DNA of 16,796 nucleotides from Myxococcota bacterium (GTDB lineage: Bacteria > Myxococcota > JACRCW01): NCBI GenBank assembly GCA_040752415.1, contig JBFMGU010000229.1, positions 1 to 16,796 on the forward strand, in the 5' to 3' direction. The translations under genes and the position numbers were made by a program. Positions 16,454 through 16,796 of the stretch are shown in pieces; position 1 is the first letter of the stretch; every line of letters starts with the position of its first letter. Below the pieces are notes generated by a model. It was not told the origin of the DNA. It searched no databases and was given only the letters and a program-made list of their open reading frames with translations.

Positions 16454-16796
16454 GCGGCACTCCTTCCGACGACACGCCGCCCCCGGCACCCCATGCTCCG
16501 CACAGGTGCCCAGGGGCCATGAACGCGGCCGCAGCGCGGGTTGCCGGGCCAACGTGCCAGGCGCCAACGCATGGCCGCGAGCTTGATGAATACTGCGGCA
16601 GACGTTCGCGGCAACCGCCTTGCGTGACGACGATCCGTGATGCCCGGAGATCAGGTTAGGGGCTGCGTCTAAACAAATTGCCCATTCCGTCGTGGCCGGC
16701 GAACACCTAACCCCCCACGCTTGTCCCGCGGCGCCCACTCGCCCCCCTTCCCCAGTCCCAGTTTTCCGTCGTCACCGAGCCGGGGAAGGGGAGGAA

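Noticed and set aside
16540..16575. Minus-strand TGGCACG as a sigma-54 promoter for the epimerase-like gene
   Set aside because: There is no GC at the required position 10 nt after the GG.
16745..16770. Minus-strand ACTGGGACTGGGGAAGG resembling part of a cobalamin riboswitch
   Set aside because: No B12 box or other conserved core elements are present around it.

Overview
GC-rich bacterial DNA that looks myxobacterial (Myxococcus-type Cys-rich repeats, a DUF4388 protein, stand-alone receiver proteins). The window opens with the 5' end of a MotA/TolQ/ExbB-family gene divergent from a MarR regulator, then a stand-alone response regulator divergent from a TetR-like gene. Next comes a GT9 / GmhB-like HAD phosphatase / CmcH-NodU carbamoyltransferase / GT2 run, followed by DUF72, secreted DUF4142, and an SRPBCC + Zn-dependent dehydrogenase pair. 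The right part holds a frameshifted response regulator, a pseudo-receiver-DUF4388-pseudo-J protein, and a two-gene unit: a secreted AlgG-like (YGIDPHD) beta-helix protein plus a lipoprotein of ten Cys-rich repeats. Three things stand out: (1) the carbamoyltransferase and GT2 have intact, coupled ORFs but have lost key catalytic motifs; (2) the epimerase-like gene has no alginate genes beside it and is paired with a repeat-only lipoprotein; (3) the signalling protein has degenerate receiver and J domains. No RNA genes, CRISPR arrays or mobile elements were seen. All family calls come from motif recognition by eye, not database searches.
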